Assembly (NCBI GenBank): GCA_030390025.1 | Contig: CM059438.1 | Coordinates: 60,824,001-60,888,000, forward strand | Reading direction: 5' to 3' | From: Squalus acanthias | Taxonomy: Eukaryota | Length of the DNA: 64,000 nucleotides | In this document: positions 11,989 through 24,527 of the stretch, in pieces | Layout: each line of letters begins with the position of its first letter | Position numbering within the stretch: position 1 is the first letter of the stretch | Notes under the pieces: generated by a model | The model's input: the letters and a program-made list of their open reading frames with translations, nothing else | Told to the model about the DNA's origin: nothing | The model's database searches: none | Made by a program: the position numbers and the translations under genes

Positions 11989-12432
11989 AACTTGCACTTA
12001 TTCAGCACCTTTCATGATCTCAGGATTTCCTAAAGTGCTTTACAGCCAATGAAGTACTTTTGCAGTGTAGTTACTGTTTAATGTAGGAAATGTGGCAGCC
12101 AAAATTGTGCACAGCAAGCTCCCACAAACAGCAATGTAATAACGCGATAATCTGTTTTAGCTATGTTGGTTGAGGGATAAATATTGTCCAGGATACTGAG
12201 GGGAACTCCCCGTTCCGATCTTCGAAGAGTGCCGTGAGATCTTTTTATGTCCACTCGAGGGCAGATGGGGCCTCGGTTCAATGTCTCATCTGAAAGACAG
12301 CACCTCCGGCAGTGCAGCGCTCCCTCGGTACTACACTGAAGTGTCAGCCTGGATTATGTGCTCAAGTATCTAGAGTGGGACTTGAACGCACAACCCTCTG
12401 AATTAGGCGGGACACTGAGCCACAGCTAACAC
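11989..12432 (-). mobile_element. Deu-domain SINE (SacSINE1-like), near full length
   Basis: Reverse complement of the 56905-57358 element, including the tRNA-like head. Confidence 0.78.
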
Positions 12433-12835
12433 TTCCTGTCAATTAACATTGAAATGTTTGGAGAGCATGGGTGGGAGCGTCCACACTCAATATTTAATCA
12501 ACCACGGGTAAGTTTTTTTTTAAAGCTCTGGAGGTCTGCTCAGGAGGTGCAACATTTCCCCGACCTCCAACTCTGAAGTTACTCTGCAATTTTAACATTG
12601 CAGCGAAGAGGAAACCACACCCTAATGGTTCTGTACTGACCTGGAAGTGGTTGATGCCGAAACTGGATGCACCCCAGAACTAGCATCACTCACGAGTACA
12701 AGGTTCACATTGGGTAGAGTTTAATGCAATAGTTCTTTAAGCAGCCGTACCCAGGAAAATGGACGTAAGTTTTCTGTAGTGTGTTGTTTAGTGCCCCTTG
12801 TCACAGTTGCTGTTTCTCCCTTTACTGTTTTGCAG

Positions 12836-12904
12836 GTGTTTGACACGAATGTCAACAAAGACAAGTTGCTGCGGCTGAAAATGGGATCTGGGAAAGTGAT
12901 CAAG
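12836..12904 (+). CDS. FKBP15: FKBP15 coding exon (VFDTNVNKDKLLRLKMGSGKVIK)
   Basis: tgcag| and |gtagtc; FKBP FD...VIK motif. Confidence 0.96.
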
Positions 12905-14047
12905 GTAGTCCACTGGGCTGTGGATGGGGCGAGGGTGGATGGGACCCGGGGTGGGGGCGTGTGAACGCAGACTGTAATCTTGGAAAGTAATCCAAGTACT
13001 GCACTGCAAAGTAGTAGTATCTTGCCCATGAACAGGGTCGAGTTACAGTTTTTGTAAGTATTGCGTTGTCTGTAACAACTGCAGAGTAGCATCGTGTATC
13101 CTGGTCTGTTTTTTGTTTTGTCATCCTCCAGGTTTTTTTCCCCCAGATTTTCTTCACTTTTCTGAATATTGACAGGTGACAATGTCCCCCCAGTGCCCCT
13201 CTCACATGGTAGTTCATGAATAGCCTTGGCATAGGTGTAATTTTCTGCCACACTGCTGCTGGTGGGGGACCTTGCCTGCTGGGAGCCCGTATGTACTGCC
13301 TGCAATTTTTTTTTTTAACGATTGATTCTAGCAAGTTTTCCACTGCTAATATAACCTCACTGGCCTTCAGTTACTTGGCATGTGCCTTTGTCTCTCTTTG
13401 TGGATAAAAGTATAACATTTGCCAATCCTAGGGTCTTATCCCCAAATTCAGTGACAGTTGGAAGATTAGCACTAATGCATTCCCAATTTACTTTTTTTTA
13501 GTATCCTTGGGTGGAAACTGTCTGAGCCGAGATACTTGTCTGGCTTCAATCCCATTAGTTTATCTAGTAGAATTTTTCTGCTTGTATATTAATGCCTGTA
13601 AGTTTTTCCTGTTTTTCTTGCTTTCTAGCTTTAGTATCATACCCACTGTGAAGACTGAAGCAAAAATAATCTTTGGCAATCCTGCCATATACTTATCCTC
13701 TTGCTCTCGTCATAACTCGATCTGTTTTTAACGTCCCACTTCCTCCTTTCTCACTTACTTTCTTTCTCTCGATGTACTTCTACAAGCCTTTAGCTATTAC
13801 CCTTGATACCATCTGCAATTTTTTTTGTAGTCTGCTTTTTTCCACTTTATTTTCATGGTCTCCTTTTGGTTTTCTATTATCCCACCCAGTCCTCATTTTA
13901 GCCAATATCCTCCACCCTTGCATAAGCTGCATTTTGGTCCACTCCTAACTACACTCGTGGACCATGTTTGCAGCAGCTCAGAAGTACCCCTGTTACCTTT
14001 TAAAAAGGATGTACTGGTTTGGTAATCCAGTAATTACCACCTTGAGT

Positions 14048-14488
14048 TTTTTTTTTATTTGTTCACGGGATGTGGGCGTCGCCAGCAAGGCCAGCATTTA
14101 TTGCCCGTCGCTAGTTGCCCTCGAAGAACCGCTGTTCTTTGTAGCAGTTTGGTACAACTGAGTGGCTTGCTGGGCCATTTCAGAGGGCAGTTAAGAGTCA
14201 ACCACATTGCTGTGGGTCTGGAGTCACATATAGGCCAGACCGGGTAAGGACGGCAGATTTCCTTCCCGAAAGGACATTAGTGAACCAGATGTGTTTTTAC
14301 GGCAATCCGATCGTTTCATGGTCACCATTACTGATACTAGCATTTTTTTAAATTCCAGATTTATTTAATTAACTGAATTTTGAAATTCCCCAGCTGCCGT
14401 GGTGAGATTTGAACTCCTGGTCTCCGGATCATTAATCCAGGCCTCTGGATTACTAGTCCAGTAACATAACCACTATGCTACCGTTCCC
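14048..14488 (-). mobile_element. tRNA-derived SINE with Meta-domain-like core (SlmI/MetaSINE-like), full length
   Basis: Minus strand shows an A box TAGCATAGTGG, a B box GAGTTCAAATC, core CTAATGTCCTTTCGGGAAGGAAATCTGCCGTCCTTACCCGGTCTGGCC, tail GGGCAATAAATGCTGGCCTTGCTGGCGACGCCCACATCCC and an A-rich end. Confidence 0.75.
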
Positions 14489-14692
14489 TATAATTGGAGT
14501 GGGTTCCAATGTTAGTGATTTAGATTTTTCCATTCTACTCCTGTGAAAACCTTCCGCATCCCTTCAAAGTTAGCCTTGTTTAAACCCAAAACCTTGATTT
14601 GCGATGCTTCTTCCCCACCTCCGCCACCAACTGAAACCTGATAAGTAATTCAGTCATATTATGGCCACTATTCCCAAGGTGCTCCCTTACAT

Positions 14693-14950
14693 TTTTTCTT
14701 CACTGTTGGGATGTGGGCATCGTTGGCATTTATTGCCTATCTCTCAATAGAACGGAGAGCTAGCTAGGTCACTTACAGGGCAATTATAAGTCAACCATGT
14801 TGGTGTGGGACTGGAGTTCTACATAGGTCAGACCAGGCATGGACGGCAAGTTTCCTTCCCTAAAGGGCATCAGTGAACGCGTTGGGTTCTTAACGACAGT
14901 CCAACAGCTTCATGGTCACTTTTACTGATGCCAGCTTTTTATTTCCACAT
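14693..14950 (-). mobile_element. Older copy of the same Meta-domain-like SINE
   Basis: Diverged alignment to 14048-14350. Confidence 0.7.
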
Positions 14951-15000
14951 TAATCTATTGGAAATCTTTTGCTCCGCTTTATAACTGCTGTATTTTGCAG

Positions 15001-15144
15001 GGCTGGGAAATCGGGATGCTGGGAATGAAGAAAAATGGCAAGAGAATGTTGATCGTACCTCCAAGTTTGGCATATGGATCACAGGGTATACCAAACAGGA
15101 TTCCACCCGATACCACGCTTCTCTTTGAGGTGGAGGTTAAAAGG
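15001..15144 (+). CDS. FKBP15: FKBP15 coding exon (GWEIGMLGMKKNGKRMLIVPPSLAYGSQGIPNRIPPDTTLLFEVEVKR)
   Basis: ttgcag| and |gtgagt; C-terminal half of the FKBP domain. Confidence 0.96.
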
Positions 15145-15546
15145 GTGAGTACCAGCCAAGGTGGGTAATTGGGCAGTCTGGTAACTGCATGTTGGGGGCT
15201 TGAAGTAGAGCTTTCACCCCTGCTTGGGATGGGATTAAATCATCATGTCCAGGCTATCTAGGGAATGGAGAGTCTAGTGGTCTCTTTTCCCCCTGACCCC
15301 GTTGGATCATCTATCGTGGGATTGACACCATCTTTGGAGACCTCTGCAGCTGCCATTTCAATTGATGATGATTATGGGTCTAATGGAACGGTTTAGATGG
15401 AATGTGCGAGCAAAGGATAATATGGAGCAATTATGTAATGGGTGGGTATATATATATTTTTACGTGAGTCGATGGCTGGGGCGCGGGAGTGCTTGGATAT
15501 TTGCATACCAGAAATTTCACTTCATTACGCTCATCTCTCTCTTTAG

Positions 15547-15689
15547 GTAAAATTTCTGAAGGAATCTGGGTTCGACAGGCAGAGTATCAGCTCTCGTGAT
15601 TCGGTTGCATCTTCACCAGCCCCCAGCATAGAAAGCCTGGGCATGGAAACTTCAATCCCAGCACCAGTGTCTGTGCCTCCAAAACCCGG
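15547..15689 (+). CDS. FKBP15: FKBP15 coding exon (VKFLKESGFDRQSISSRDS...PPKPG)
   Basis: ctttag| and |gtatgg; resembles human VKFARDSGSDGHSVSSRDS. Confidence 0.93.
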
Positions 15690-18600
15690 GTATGGAAGGT
15701 GTAGAATGTCGCGAGCACCTAACTCTTCCTGACTCAAATTTCCGATTTATAATTTGACTGAAATGTCCTATGGTATAGTTAGAGTTACACTCTCGAGAGT
15801 CTGGGGGTTTCTTCTAACAAAAAAGTTGGTTGCTGCATCTGGCTGTGAAAGAAAGGACGCACCACAAAATGTTAGGATTCAGGTTCACATACATTTCAGA
15901 TATTTTCCTCTAGGGACCCTAACTTCTGAAAGTTACCACACACAAAACCATACTGTTGGCGTTTCTGGACCCGTGATGTCCGAAAGCGCCGATTATGTAA
16001 TTTATCTTTTTTTCCGTCAGAAGGATTCCTGATGCAAAGGGGACTGAAGTACAGATGTTCTGAAGCTGAGCCACCCCAGCCTGGTCTCTGCTCGTCTTGG
16101 GCACAGTAAGGCCTTGTGGCAGCGGGGTTGGAATTAGTAAGGAATAGAAAGCTGCTTTGTTACCAGAAATCTGAGTTGCTGCTTTACTGCTTATGCTTTG
16201 TAGTTTAAAGGGTGTAGAATTATTACAGTGTTCTGACCTGATGCTTGAAGTCTATTGGCTGGCTGGAATTTAGTCTGTGTGGTTGCTAAGCAAAGTGATC
16301 CTGATGCTTTCTCTTGGGATTCCTTGTGGCATTAAGAGAGTGAATCTCTCTCCTCTACCAGAGCTTTTTCCTCATGGGGAGATTAGAAAATGGCTTGCCT
16401 CTGGCTTGAGTAATCTTACTGCATTCAACCAGCTCACTTGTCCCTATCGCCATGCAGTTGTCCAGTGACAACATCTGCTTCTAGTTTGGATTACAGGATG
16501 GCAGAGGATGGGTCGTTGGCAATTTACTTGGATTTCAAACACTCATCACTGGTTTGGGTTTAACGATGGAAAATGATGACTTGAATTTATACAGTAACAG
16601 TTTGTAAGTTTATGGCTGTGTTTGCAGTGCGCATAATTGTTGGATATTCTGCCCTGACTTGCTTTCATTTTATCCTGGTGTATGGTTCTATGGGTAGCAG
16701 CACTCCTCCAGTACCTTATCCGAATGTTCATTTTATGTGTGAGCCTAGATGTTGTTTGTCATCCTAACTGAGCCTGATCCTTTCCTCATCCACGCACACA
16801 CTTTCCAAATGGGGTCACTTGATAGTGAACAGAAGTGGGAACTTTTACTGATTCTTTTTCCTCTCCCTGGTTGAAGGGTACTGAGGCCACTTGTGCTGTC
16901 CAGACTCCAGTTAGCAAACTCAGCACAGACCAGGGTTTGAAACTGGAACTTTCCTGATCTGTTTTAAAAAGGGTTCTGGGCTAGATACTCGCTCTGATTC
17001 AGCAGCATCAGTCTCTCAGAAGTGGACCCCAAGTGCCTTATGACCAGGGGTTTGTCTGTACTGCTCGATATTAAGTTGTGACCCTGGATGGTGGGGGAGT
17101 GGTGAGTGAGAGCTGTAACATTGAAACACCTCATACTAACACTGGCTACTGTACGCTTGCACTTGTCCCCCATGTACATTGCTCCTTTCTTCCAAAAGAT
17201 GGACTAATTACTTTGGTGAGACGAGGATGATTGTAAACTAAGAAGCTGATTTATTTTAGAAATGTTTTAACAAACAGTTACATTTACAGTGAATTCTAAC
17301 CTATTTTGTAACACTCCTTGTACCATGCAAAATAATATGCGCCACATTGTCCCTGTTAGCTGGCTAAATGCACTCTTCCAACTAGTAATTTCTCTGAAAC
17401 TAGTCGGCACTAAGCTAAAGTAGAGGGCTTTCTCTCTCTCTAGTCTGACTCCTTTATTTGCTGGTGCAGACTGTCCCTGTGGAAAACCATGTGTGTTTTA
17501 GCTGGACCGGAAGGCAAAGACTTGACCTCTGGCCCTCACCCAGGATTGGTTACCTGAGCTGCCAATCAAAATTGCGATCCAACAAGGATGTGGGCTTCCT
17601 GCCAGCTAACCCTTGCTAAACTGGCATTCTCACATGCCATGTCTGAATGTTTATTGGCAGTGTTGGAATGTGTTGACGATCTCCCCGCTGTCTCAAACTG
17701 ACACACATGACATTTTCAATGATTGGCCCATCTCCTTCAGGACAGCTCAAACTTATCTAAGCCCCCCCTTAGTCTTGGTGACTCCAGTTGCTTATCTTGT
17801 CAATTTAAAAAAAAAAGGATGCTGGACCCTTTAATACTGATTCTGACTTAATGTCAAAAACCTTGAACCAAAAATCCCTCTAGTTCAAATCATTGAAAAA
17901 TCACAAAACGTGGCAATCTTTGTGACTTGATGTTTCCTTTGATGGTGCATTTACCCACCGAGGGGGATGGTCACTGATCTTTTCGATGTAAATAGGCTGA
18001 AGTTAGTGATTTTCCTGTTTTGCAATGAGCTTAAAACTTTTCAACCAAGAAGCTAGCAATAGGTTTATAAAGTGAGTTCATTACATTTCAAATGTAATAT
18101 TTTTACCCCAGGATTATAATTTGTCTGTGGAGCAAAGTTTAATGAATGAGCATCTGGTTCTGATTTTTGGGATTTACCCAACTTGAATTGTCCTGGGTTC
18201 AAACCATGAGTATTTAATGGTTTCTCGTCAGAAACCTGTGCTGCAGGAGGTTAGTGTAGTCAGAAACCTGATGTAGCAGTGCTGTAGTTTAGCACCTCAG
18301 CCAGGGTGCAGTGGTTTAGCTGTTCGGCTTGTACTGTGTTCTCCTCCGTACCTATGTCTGATGTTGAATAGAGTCCCAGGAGGACAACTTCACTTTGCTG
18401 CACACCCCAGCTGTTGAGTTTGAGTCTGTGCCAATTAACCCTAAGTTCCGAAATGTTTGACTTGATCTGTAATGGTGACCGTGATTATATTTTATTCAGT
18501 GAAAGTGAGACTTGATACATTACAGCATCTGAGCAGTAGTTAAACAAGGTGCAGTCAAGGTTTATATTACCCGTTGGGCCCTGGGTAGAAGACGCGATCT

Positions 18601-19595
18601 CCATGGGCCAACCCCCGTTGAACCTGGCGTCTAGGCTTGTTCGTCCGCCTGGTGTGACGGGTGTGGGTTCTCCGCTAACCCGAAACCCTCCTCGGTGCGT
18701 CTGGTCGATGTTCCCAAACTTCAGGCTGAATGCCTCTACAACCTAAAGTGTTTGAGAGAGCCCTTCTTATATACTACTTCTTCCCAGCAAAGCCTATGGG
18801 GACCAGTTAACCCAATCATTGATTTAAACCTGAACACCCCCCCCCCCCCCCCCCGCCCCTCGGGTCCAGTTAATGGGATGCCACATACCTAATGATCCCG
18901 CCTGCCCGTTAGGTCCTCATCTCATGACACCCTGACATCATCTGTTTTTGACCATCAAAACTCGTAGTTTTATCAACACAAACGGAGCGTGTCTCCATAG
19001 GTAGAGATATGGTGTCCTTGACGCTTGTCTATGTTTTTAATTTCCTGCAGATATCATAACATTCCATACAGTGGCAGCCACACATGACTTTGCTTCCCAG
19101 GCTAGCTGTCTGCAGTTTGTGTGCCAGGAAGGCTGCTGACTATCTTTAATTTGGCCAACCAAGGCCCAGCGCTTCGTTCTCTTCCATTTTAAAATCTAAC
19201 TGCTTCTACCCAGGGCATATTACAACAGGGTTTATAAGTGCAGCAATTACATAATGAAATCTTTAAGCTGCAATTAATAGAATCAATTGATTTAGTTCAG
19301 GTTAGTTAGTAGGGAGACTCTGCAATGAAGATTTCCCCCTTTCTTACACAGCCTCTGTTTAGCATGCATTTGGTAAAGTTGCAGTGCGGGTTTTGAGGCT
19401 TCTCACTAAATTCCGTACCTGACATCCCAGCTTTCTGTTTGCTTTATTTGGGAAAGGAGCTTTCTGGATGTTCTTGGAATGCAGGGAATTCCAGAAATAT
19501 TTTTGGATATGAAGAGGTAAAGGGGCTCATCTTTAAAAAGCTGTTGCAATTGCTGCCAATAAACATGATTCATTCCAATTTTTCATGCTTTTCAG

Positions 19596-19644
19596 GGAGC
19601 ATATGGTGCGGGCGAAGTCCAATTCACTAAGCGACATGCTAGCA
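19596..19644 (+). CDS. FKBP15: FKBP15 coding exon (EHMVRAKSNSLSDMLA)
   Basis: ttcag| and |gtaagt; KSNSLS motif. Confidence 0.93.
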
Positions 19645-20172
19645 GTAAGTATGGGTTCCACTCTTAGTTATTCAACTGTGACCTCTGTCTGCAATTCAAT
19701 TATCTTTTTTCTTTTGGCCATTGTGATTCTATTGCCCTCTTGTCTCCTTTTATTTTCCCATCCTACTCTAAATGAAAAAGCAAGCCGGCAACTAGTTACT
19801 GGTCTCTGCTACTGTTGATCTACACACCAAGTAATATGTGGAAGAGCTTGGCCCACCTCCTAATTCTTCCTCTGTGACCTTTCTGTAACATAACGTGATG
19901 TGACTGAAAATGGGAACTTGGCATGTGGAGAGTCGTGGATGTGAATGCATGATCAACCACTTCATGGTGCAGGACTTTGATATGCTGCTGCGTTTCTGAA
20001 GCTAAAGACATTGAGGCCCACCCATGCCTCTTTTATTCCAATAACAAACTGAACTCCCATTCTTTAGCTCTTGACTGTTGGGTCCACTCCCTGAAATAGA
20101 GGGGAATTTAGAGTTGCCATCTCCTTGTTTTTGGTTACAGTTACAGACAATTCTCCCTCCTCACTTTCCTAG

Positions 20173-20289
20173 AATCCTGACACTACTAAAGCCAAATTGA
20201 TTTCTCGAATGGCGAAGATGGGGCAGCCAATGCCATTTCTCGCAGGAACCCTCTCTGCACAGCCTGACTCCAGTGACTCGGAACTTGAG
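20173..20289 (+). CDS. FKBP15: FKBP15 coding exon (NPDTTKAKLISRMAKMGQPMPFL...DSSDSELE)
   Basis: cctag| and |gtaaaa; contains KAKLISRMAKMGQPM. Confidence 0.95.
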
Positions 20290-21199
20290 GTAAAAAGTTA
20301 GCAAGACCACAGTTTTCTTCTACTCTATATAACAGTGTTGCCATTAATATACTTTCTGTATTGAATGAGTTTTGTTTGGTTATAAGCTCAAAATGATTAA
20401 GGGACCACATGATATACTGCAGCAAACTCCACCCTTGACCACTTAGGAGTTTGGAAAACTTAATCTAATTGCAGCTTGGATAGTTTTTTTTTGTGTATAT
20501 TGGAGTTTAGATGTCCTAAATAGTGAATGGGCACCTGGATGAGATTACTGTTCCCTTGTATCTGCTGTAATATGCAGTTCGTTGTTGTGGTTTTATTACG
20601 CTGTGTTTTTTCGTGACATTTTGGTGTCCTCACCTGAGGGATTAACAACTCTGATGTGATCACTGCAGTTTATCCTTTGCAGCTGATTGCCAGGTAATGA
20701 AATGCACACTTTGTTATACAGTGCAATTCATATATGATCTAAATTAATGATACAAACTGTGTGAGGACTTGAGTGCAAATTTTGACTCGCTCCACTAACC
20801 CTATGTCCTAAACCCTGAAAGACGAGGCCAGCTACCCAAAAGCAAATGTGGTATCATTGAACAAAATTGTTTTTTCATATGCTAGTACACCTCTTATGGC
20901 ATTGCTCACGGTAAGTGGGATGATGTGCTGTTTTATAAAAACAGGTGTTTTGCCATGTAATGTGCAATATGTCTATTGAGGTAGAGCTGTGTCCCTTTTT
21001 AAGGCCATAAACAGCAGCTCAAGTCACTGAGTTTAATCGTTGTATGGTCAGGGAACTTGACACATTGTAAATGGCTCCTCCATTTTGGTTCCAGGTAAGA
21101 AGCACCCAGCATTAAATAACTGGCTTTTTTCTCCCTTTTTGACATTGTTCTGCATCTGCAACAAAGTGTGATAAGCTGTCATAATCTCTCTTCCTCCAG

Positions 21200-22020
21200 C
21201 TAAACACTCGGCGACTGAGGCCATCTTCTTCACCGCAAGCTCTATACTCTTGCCACCAATTCAATCTCTCTCTCCAGCCGCTGTCTCGGGCTGAACCATA
21301 GTGTTCGCGACCATGGCGTTCTATTTCACCCCGAGCTGAGTTTCCGACCCCCATATCCTCTCCATCACAAAGACTGCCTACTACCATCTCCATCGCCCAC
21401 CTCCATCTGTACCTCAGCCCATCTGCTGCTGAAACCCTCATCCATACCTTTGTCAACTCCGGACTCGACTATTCCGTTGCTCTCCTGGCTGGCCTCCTGT
21501 GCTGCACCTCTAAACTTCAGCTCATCCTAAACTCTACTGCCTAAATACTATCTTGTACCAAGTCCTGCTCACACATCATCCCTGTTCTCTCTAACCTACA
21601 TTGGCTTCCAGCCTACTGATGCCTCCTTTTAAAATTCATAGTCTTGTGTTTATATCCCTTCATGGCCTTGACCCTCTCAATGGCTGTAACCTCCTACAAT
21701 CTCCACTACCTCCCCACACCAACCTCTCCATGACTCCTGACTTGCATGTTGTGCATTTCCCCCCCCCCCCCTTCCTTCTCCCCATCTCTGGTAGCCATGC
21801 TTTCTGTCACCAAGGGCACAAACTCTGAAATTCCTTGTCTAATCCCCTCTGCTTCTCCACCTCTCTTCTCGAAGACCCTTTTTAAAACTCCCTGACTAAA
21901 CTTTTGTTCACCCCTCCTAAAAGCTCCTTATTTGGCTTAGTGTTTAGTTTTTTGGTTATGCCTCTGAATTGCCATGGGACCATTTTCTACGTTAAAGGTG
22001 CTATATAAATTCAAGTTGCA
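21200..22020 (+). mobile_element. L2-clade LINE 3' fragment, decayed
   Basis: AAETLIHTFVNSGLDYS...HIIPVLSNLHWLP L2 motifs, plus the same tail as 9386-9760. Confidence 0.8.
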
Positions 22021-22302
22021 TGGTATGCTTGGTCCTAGGTGGTTAGATCCCAGTTTGACAGTCTCTGATCTAAATCCTTACTCTATCCAATTATAAAGAA
22101 CAATTTAAGGTGTAAGAAGGTCCCATTTAGTTCACCTTTTCAACCATATCTCCGTGCAGCAGGTACCATCTTAAGCACTCCATACCCTGGGGAACAGTGT
22201 ACATTGTTGTGGACTGGATTGGGTGATTGTGACTTGAGTGCTTACCTTTGTTCCGATGTATTTCATCCACGATTTCCTTAATGTTCTATTTCAATTCCAC
22301 AG

Positions 22303-22396
22303 GATCATTCGTCAAGGGGAGCCCCACTTGCTGCCCCATCAGCTCAGCACACTGCACATCCTGTTCACACACTGCCGCCACAGCAGCCACCACCAG
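22303..22396 (+). CDS. FKBP15: FKBP15 coding exon (DHSSRGAPLAAPSAQHTAHPVHTLPPQQPPP)
   Basis: ccacag| and |gtaagg; Pro/Gln-rich; phase 0 to 1 fits the neighbours. Confidence 0.87.
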
Positions 22397-22815
22397 GTAA
22401 GGCCTCTGCTCAATTAACTTTTGCTAACTCCCTGTCACATTTCCACGATTTGAACCGTTGATGTATTTCTAGGTAATTTCAATTGGGGCCTGTACAAATT
22501 TTATTTGCATCAAATGTCCGTGGGATTTACCTGGCACCTCATCCTGTTGTAATGCCACCATTGCTAATGTGGCAGCCGCTAGCTCGCTACAGGCCAGAGA
22601 TTGAACCTGGGATATCCCTCATCTTGTGTTGCTCAACCATCCTATAGTGGCCACCCACTCATGACTAGACAGATGGTTTTTAAAAATGTTAAACCTTTGC
22701 TAACTCAGTCTTGTGTTTTAAACCTCTCCTGTATTTGTCATTCCTTGCAGATGGTTACTTTCCCAGATTATCACAAGTTTTCTGATTCTAATGTAACTTT
22801 TTTTTGTATTAACAG

Positions 22816-22910
22816 TGCCAGTTTCTATGCTCCAGTCATCCTCTGCGGCACTAATGCCGGTCGCTCTATCTGCACAGCAAGGACTGGTTGGCAGTGGTCA
22901 GTCCTTCCAG
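22816..22910 (+). CDS. FKBP15: FKBP15 coding exon (PVSMLQSSSAALMPVALSAQQGLVGSGQSFQ)
   Basis: aacag| and |gtacat; SAALM...QSFQ as in human. Confidence 0.9.
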
Positions 22911-23566
22911 GTACATTGCAATATCTTCCATCAATTTGGGCTTGAATGAGTGTAGGTAAGGGGCAAGTGGTGGGCAAAACTTGTCAATCCCAACTTTTCC
23001 TTAATTTAGAACCACGAGGCTTGTACCCGACTAGCGTGCAGTAATCCAGAGTATTTCCTGCCTGTGTTCAGTTACTGAACCCTTGAGCTAAATTCAACCA
23101 AATTAACTTTTACACTGTAGCAAATAGTCGTGACATCTCGGAGGGTTGTAAGGCTGGTGGAGGTTACAGACAGGGAGAGACTAGCACCTAATGCTGTAAA
23201 TATCTACTCCATTTGAAGCATTCTTAATGGGGATGGTGTCTCTACTCCAGTGCCTCGCTGCTCGTCCCTGAGCTATTGGGCAACACTCTCATTGTGTTGA
23301 TCGCCACATACTGTAACTTGCCAGTCCACAGACTCTGCCTTCACCCACTTTAAAGTGAGCTGGCTTCTGGAATCACCTGCTCTATAGTCTGTGGTCACTG
23401 ATTCCTGTTCCTTTGCACTGGTTGGGAAGGTATGCCCAGCCAAAGGAGGAGTCCTTGAGCTCCCAGCTGTGGTGGGTGAAGGTGGAAAATAAAGGAGATT
23501 TGACGTCTTTAAAAAAAAAAAAAAAAAAAACAATTGCACAATCTATTGATCTTTTCTCTAACTCAG

Positions 23567-23669
23567 CCATACACAGGGATGTCCTATGGTTACCCACAAG
23601 GCCATGCTGCTCAGACCCAGATTCAGACGGTTGGACCGATGTTCCCAGCCCAGGCACCACAGTACCAAG
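23567..23669 (+). CDS. FKBP15: FKBP15 coding exon (PYTGMSYGYPQGHAAQTQIQTVGPMFPAQAPQYQ)
   Basis: ctcag| and |gtatga; resembles human PYAGMQAYAYPQ. Confidence 0.92.
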
Positions 23670-24197
23670 GTATGAGTGTTGTTTGTACCAGGCACTATGC
23701 TAATCCTGTTGCATTGTCTGGTTCGTGTAGGCTTCTGGAATGAATCTTAAACTGTGAGCCTCTATGGTTGCATTGTGAGCAACGAGTGCTTTGCATACGC
23801 TGCTTTGTTGCAGTCCTGCAGACACAATTATAAAGTCTTGTATTCATTGGCTGGTTGGTTAGGGTGGAGTGGGCTTGTGCACACATACCTGTCCTACTGT
23901 GGGTCTCTGCACAGGAGTTGTGTTTATGGGGCTTTGATGTCCAAACTGTCTGACCCCAGTGGCTCACCCTCCTGCACTCCACTCAGTGGAGCAGCAAATT
24001 AATGGTGGCTTGTAGTTTTGGTGGGTTGGGGGAGTGCTGTTGTGTGTTTTTTTTAATTGCACAAAGTTAATCTTCAATTTACATCGAACGACTTCAGTGT
24101 TTCGTAACCTGCAGAGTGTCATAGTAAACTACTTGATGTCGCTCCAAGAGAAAACATTGGTGTACGTCATTGTGATTTTTCTCTTCTGTTTTTACAG

Positions 24198-24307
24198 CTG
24201 CTGGTGACGTCACTTCCTTTATGATGACTGAGGCACGGCAGCATAATACTGAGATTCGATTGGCCATTAGTAAGGCATCAGATAAAATTGACCAGCTTTC
24301 TCTCAAG
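24198..24307 (+). CDS. FKBP15: FKBP15 coding exon (AGDVTSFMMTEARQHNTEIRLAISKASDKIDQLSLK)
   Basis: ttacag| and |gtgggt; conserved MTEARQHNTEIR. Confidence 0.96.
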
Positions 24308-24399
24308 GTGGGTTGATGTTTGAATCTGCAGCCTGGCACGTTACAGAATGCTGGGTCAATAACTAAACAAACGGAGAGGGTTTCCCCTGATGTTACAGG

Positions 24400-24527
24400 C
24401 AATGTTCCTTCTAATCTTTTTGGGGGCCGTGCGGCCTATTCAAAGTTCCGCGCATGCGCTGATTTCCCCTTCAAAAGCTGGTGAGCCGGCTGCGTGGGAC
24501 CGGCCGCGCGGCTTAAAGGGGACATCG
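24400..24527. mobile_element. hAT-type MITE (128 bp)
   Basis: TIR CAATGTTCCTTCTAA...TTAAAGGGGACATCG; perfect 8-bp TSD GTTACAGG at 24392-24399 and 24528-24535. Confidence 0.85.

Noticed and set aside
12721..13343. 194-aa and 147-aa antisense ORFs
   Set aside because: No recognisable domain; they overlap an FKBP15 exon and intron on the opposite strand and are probably chance ORFs.
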